Of a stretch of 64,000 nucleotides of DNA, positions 59,901 to 64,000 are shown piece by piece. The stretch spans positions 148,743-212,742 of the forward strand of contig CBFFRP010000001.1 in NCBI GenBank assembly GCA_965644295.1, in the 5' to 3' direction. The first letter of the stretch is position 1, and the number at the start of each line of letters is the position of its first letter. The notes under the pieces were generated by a model. It saw only the letters and a list, made by a program, of their open reading frames with translations. It was not told the DNA's origin and made no database searches. A program made the translations under genes and the position numbers. Source of the DNA: Paraphysomonas bandaiensis (Eukaryota; Protista; Chrysophyceae).

Positions 59901-60680
59901 GAGAATTATATATGATTCACACAAGTCGTGTAACCTTGCTGTATATCTTAAAAGTTGGACCAGCCCTCCACTTGTCGGACTGTAGATGGTCCAACACTCG
60001 AAATAAAAGAATTGTGGTCACACTCATCTTCCATACGAAAAAACACAATACAAAAAAAGTGGGGCCAGACTGGTCCGCTTTTTGTCGAAAACGTCTCCAT
60101 GGTATATGTTGTATGGTATATATATATACACCAGAGTAATAATAATAACTTGCTTTTTGCTTTTAGTTAGTTTTTTCAACTTTGGGGGGAAAAATAGTGT
60201 TTTTATGCAAGTCTAGAAATATGCATATTTTTAATGTATTTTTTAGAGTTTTTGGGTACGTTGCTTGCTATGTATATATTGCTCACCAGGAAACTATTCT
60301 CTAAAACTCTAGAATGCATTGAGAAGATATTTAACAAGGTTGCCACAAAGTACTTGTAGAGTTGCATGAACATTATTGTCTATTATTGTTTAGAGTTTCT
60401 TCGGAGTATAGAGGAGATACATACTATATTATCTTAAAAACACTCAGTTCTATATATAAAGTTGATGTGATGACCAAACCTGCTGGTGCAACGCTTTAAA
60501 CCTGGTGAAATTTTAAATGTTGATTTAAGTTGTTTTGCAATATAAAAGTAATGTAGTATATAGTAGGTGTAAAAAGAACATGTTATTAGAGATATTTAAT
60601 AAATTTTATATTAGTTACAGGTCCAAAAAGTGAGAATGTAACGGTTAATGTAACGGTTACATTTATATATATATAATATA
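56135..60680. repeat. Head-to-tail tandem duplication, unit 2272 bp
   Basis: Every ORF recurs at +2272 with identical translation (e.g. 56249/58521, 56964/59236); junction at 58407-58408 with TA microhomology. Confidence 0.95.
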
Positions 60681-61159
60681 ATAATATATTATATAAAATA
60701 CACGCATACTATAGTATATTACAAAGTGCTATCTCTATACTTACAAGCGATAATGAACTGAACTTCTGGTACAAGGTATACATTGAACAAGACTCCGACC
60801 ATCGGTGGGTGTAGAACCGGACGACAGTTCGTGGACATAATCCAGGGAAAGGGACATAATATGAAGGGGGCTAGAGGGAAAATTCACCGCTTGGAAGATA
60901 CGTCAACAAGCAGTTCAAGGGCTTCTCACTCGGGAGAGGATAACTCTGCACTTCACAAAGTTGAGCAACGAAGCCACATAGAGACTGCTGGTACGTACGT
61001 GTCTTCTTTTGAGGCATATGCCCGATATGATCTCTTCACTCCAAGAGGATGTTCAGGAGTGCCCACCTTCTCAAACGTGAACTGCAGTTCGGTCCACCCC
61101 TCCTTTGCGAAGCGGCCGATATCTAAATCAATGCACCTATCCAAAATCTTTTCCACATA

Positions 61160-64000
61160 TATAACACTTTGAGGTTGTGGTCACAGTCTGTGCATTTGGC
61201 TGCTGTTGTGAGTTCGTCTCCATGTTTGCCCTTAGCCCTATTTCTGCCATCGCGTATGATTTGTCCCAGACGTATGCAGTTTCGCGGATGCGGTCGTGGA
61301 ATGGGACATAGCAGTTGGGCGGGTGTGGAGCTTGAGGGGATGGAGTTTGTGTGGGAGCCTGGTGCCGCTGCGTGTCCAGTACTGCGAGTCTCGGCTTGCG
61401 CTTGCGGGGTACGTGCCGTCACGCGTGAGGATGTATTGGTGGAGGTCCCATTGGTGTTGGAGTTCGGTGACATCCCCTAGCATGGGTCCACAGTCGGTGT
61501 GGAGGAATTTGTCGTATCTTCTCCATTGCCATTGGCCGGCAGTGAGGAATTCGTCGATGAGGTGTGTGATCTCAGTCGTGACCACGCTGTAGTTTGTGCC
61601 GCCTAGTATTTTGTCGATCGCCGACCACTCTCCACTGGCAGCAGCGACGTCATTTAGCTAATAGATGCCGCTAGTCGTTGTTAGGTCAGTTGTTTCCGAT
61701 CTTGTGTTCGGCGTTACAGACAGAACGGACTATCGGATTGGTCGCTGTGTGTTTCAGCAGGCATTCGTAGTACGGGCTTCTGTGCGCGGCCGCCGCCGCC
61801 GAGAGAGAGCTTCCGTGGTTCGTGTTTGGACTGCTTGGCAGTCGGTGCACATAGGGACGGTGGGGGATACGAGTTTAGAGAACGTGAGGGCTGCTGACAT
61901 TGCCAGGGTCTCGTAGGTGTATGGGGTTATCCCGGGTAAGGTATGCTCGGGGGCTGTAAGTCGAAGGATTTTGGTTATGCCTGTGCTCCAGTTGGTTTTG
62001 GGTGGGAGCCAGACAATTGCTGCCCCCCCATAGTGTGTTGCGGGCTGTACGTGGGCGTCGCCGAGGAGGTGAGCAGGAGTGAGGTTTGTGCGAGTGAAGG
62101 AACCATCAGTGAAGATGGCTTGAAAGTCGTGTGGATGATTGTTGTGTAGTTGAAGTTGGGTTTGGACCTTGTCGATGGTTTCTCGGAATTGGGGCGTGGC
62201 CGGGGATGGGGGCTGCAGTCGAATTCCGAGCTGGTGTCCCCATTGGACCAGGCTAGTGATGTACAGGTCGATGTCTGGGCGATTGTGATCGTGACGTTTT
62301 AAGATGGATATGGCGGCTCGCTTGGGTTCCCCCCCCAGGGTGATGGCCCTTTGGAGTGTGTGCCACTTTTGGGTCTGGGCCCATGTGGAGAACTTACGCA
62401 GGCCAAGTCCTTTGTATTTCGTGGGCAGATAGATGAGGGCTGTGGGGTATCCTGGGGGTAGTCGGAGGACCTTCCTGGCTGCTCGTGCAAGGAGTTTGTC
62501 TATGTCCAGGTATCTGTCGTACGTCCAGGAGGCTTTGGTGGCCTTGTAGAGTAGTGTCGGGAGTACTTGTGTGTTAAGCACTAACAGTTTACAGTCTGGG
62601 GATGCACATTTGTAGCGTAGGTGTGTTGCGGAGGTGGTGACGTAGTCGACACACCAGGCGTGCGAGTCGGTGTCCTTCGAGGAGAACGGGAGTAGAACTC
62701 CGAGGTATTTGGTGGGGACTGTGGTGGCTCTGATGGGGATGGTGTGCGGGTGCCAATTCCAGTCTCTAATGGTTATGGTGGGCTCTGTGTCTAGCATGGC
62801 CTCAACTTCAAAGGGGGAGCCTATTGCAATGCATTCCGTTTTGGCTATGGCGAGCTGCATTCCCGTGAATGCACAGAAGGATGAGAGTCTGTCCGCCTTC
62901 ATCTGCGCGGTGGCAATGGAGTTGGTTATTTGGGAGAGGTCGTCCGCGTACGCTTTGTCCTGACTGTCGTCCTTAAGGTCAGACCAGCAGAGAATCATGT
63001 CGAAGATGACGATCCATGCGACTGTGGACTCTGTTCCGCCCTGTGTGACGCCTCTGTCGGCGGAGAAGCCCATGTCGGGGTGTTGGAGGAAGGAACCGTC
63101 GGATTGACTTAGTTCCTCTAGGGTTTTGGGATCGATGTGGTCAGCCATGTGCGGTGTCCAGATGTAGGTGCGCCCCTCGCTGTCGAGTTCGCTGAGCCAT
63201 CTGATCGTGTCTTCTGGAACCCCAAGTCTCGCCCACGCGAGTTTGAGGAGGTTAGGTGCAATGGAGTCGAAAGCTTTTTGAAAGTCCCAAAAGGTGCATA
63301 GTTTCGCGTGTCCTGTGAGCTTTGCCAGTTCGGTGGCCGCTAGTACACGAAGGATGGCAGTGTCTGTTCCATGTCTCCACCTGTAGCCGTGTTGCGCCGG
63401 GTGTAGGACATCATCGTCTTCCCAGATTTGGAGGAGTCGGTGGGTAATAATGCGTGTCATCAGTTTGCGGAGAACCTCGAGCAAACCGATCGGTCTTAAG
63501 TTTTTGAGGGAGGTGTTTCCCGGTTTCTTGAGTAAAGGGGTCATGACTCTGTCTTTCCACCAGTGTGGGATGTGGCGGTGAGTCCAGAGCGTTTGTAGGA
63601 GACCGAGTACTTCTATTTTGACTTGTGGGGTCCAACTTTTTATCATGTTTGTGGTGACCATGGACGGTCCGGGTGCTTTGTCCTTGGCCATATTATCAAG
63701 TGTGGAGTGGAACTCATGGATCGAAATTTGTTGCCGGAGGGCTTCCTGTATCTTTGCTGAGGTGGATGAGCCGACCTTTGTTTTGCATAGTTTGCGTAGT
63801 CCGGAATGATGTTGTATCGGGATAGCGGAGTTTGGGTGGAGCGGATTGTGTAGGTTCTCACCGGCGGTTAGTTCGCGCCACCAATTGTCGTCGTGGTGTA
63901 GTCTGTGGGCGGTGGGGTCCATGCCTTTGGGGAATGCGTGGTGTGCCGTGAAGTGCTTGTTCAGGGCTTCCTGTATCTCCGATGGAATGGTGATCGTGGC
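61160..64000 (-). mobile_element. Non-LTR (LINE-type) reverse transcriptase + RNase H ORF, open to the window edge; frameshifted C-terminal part
   Basis: KAPGPS, LRPIGLL, QHGYR, DFQKAFD, RGVTQG, YADD, KYLGV, GLGL, then RNase H-like FTDGS...YETLA...TDCQA; broken tail with WDKS/GRNRAK/CTDC at ~61180-61290; no stop between 63922 and 64000. Confidence 0.9.

Overview
Eukaryotic nuclear DNA with many short GT-AG introns. BBS1 implies a flagellated organism, and the gene and TE styles suggest a stramenopile, probably chrysophyte/ochrophyte-like (inference). Host genes: a SETDB1-like split-SET methyltransferase (3' part), an ankyrin protein, an EF-hand-like/MFS transporter fusion, BBS1, DPH7, a tesmin/LIN54-type CRC protein, a degenerate GDA1/CD39 NTPDase, a longin/roadblock-like protein, a TRANK1-like RelE-fold + SF1 helicase with an IQ motif, and UBC7. 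A large part of the window is transposon-derived. There are two young full-length LTR elements (a chromodomain Gypsy, and a Copia with non-canonical TA...TT ends), several hAT elements (three with 8-bp TSDs read directly), a decayed Copia, a 2272-bp tandem duplication, and a LINE-type RT+RNase H ORF running off the right edge. Best candidate for an undescribed system: a repeat family with at least 4 large copies plus fragments, bounded by nested inverted terminal repeats that contain a GCACC-AA/TT-GGTGC hairpin. It has no poly(A) or TSD, its ORF remnants end in PKGRPPD, and one copy shares a 28-nt exact match with the LINE-type RT ORF. It may be a non-LTR-RT retroelement with hairpin ITRs. All alignments were done by eye and exon boundaries are manual.
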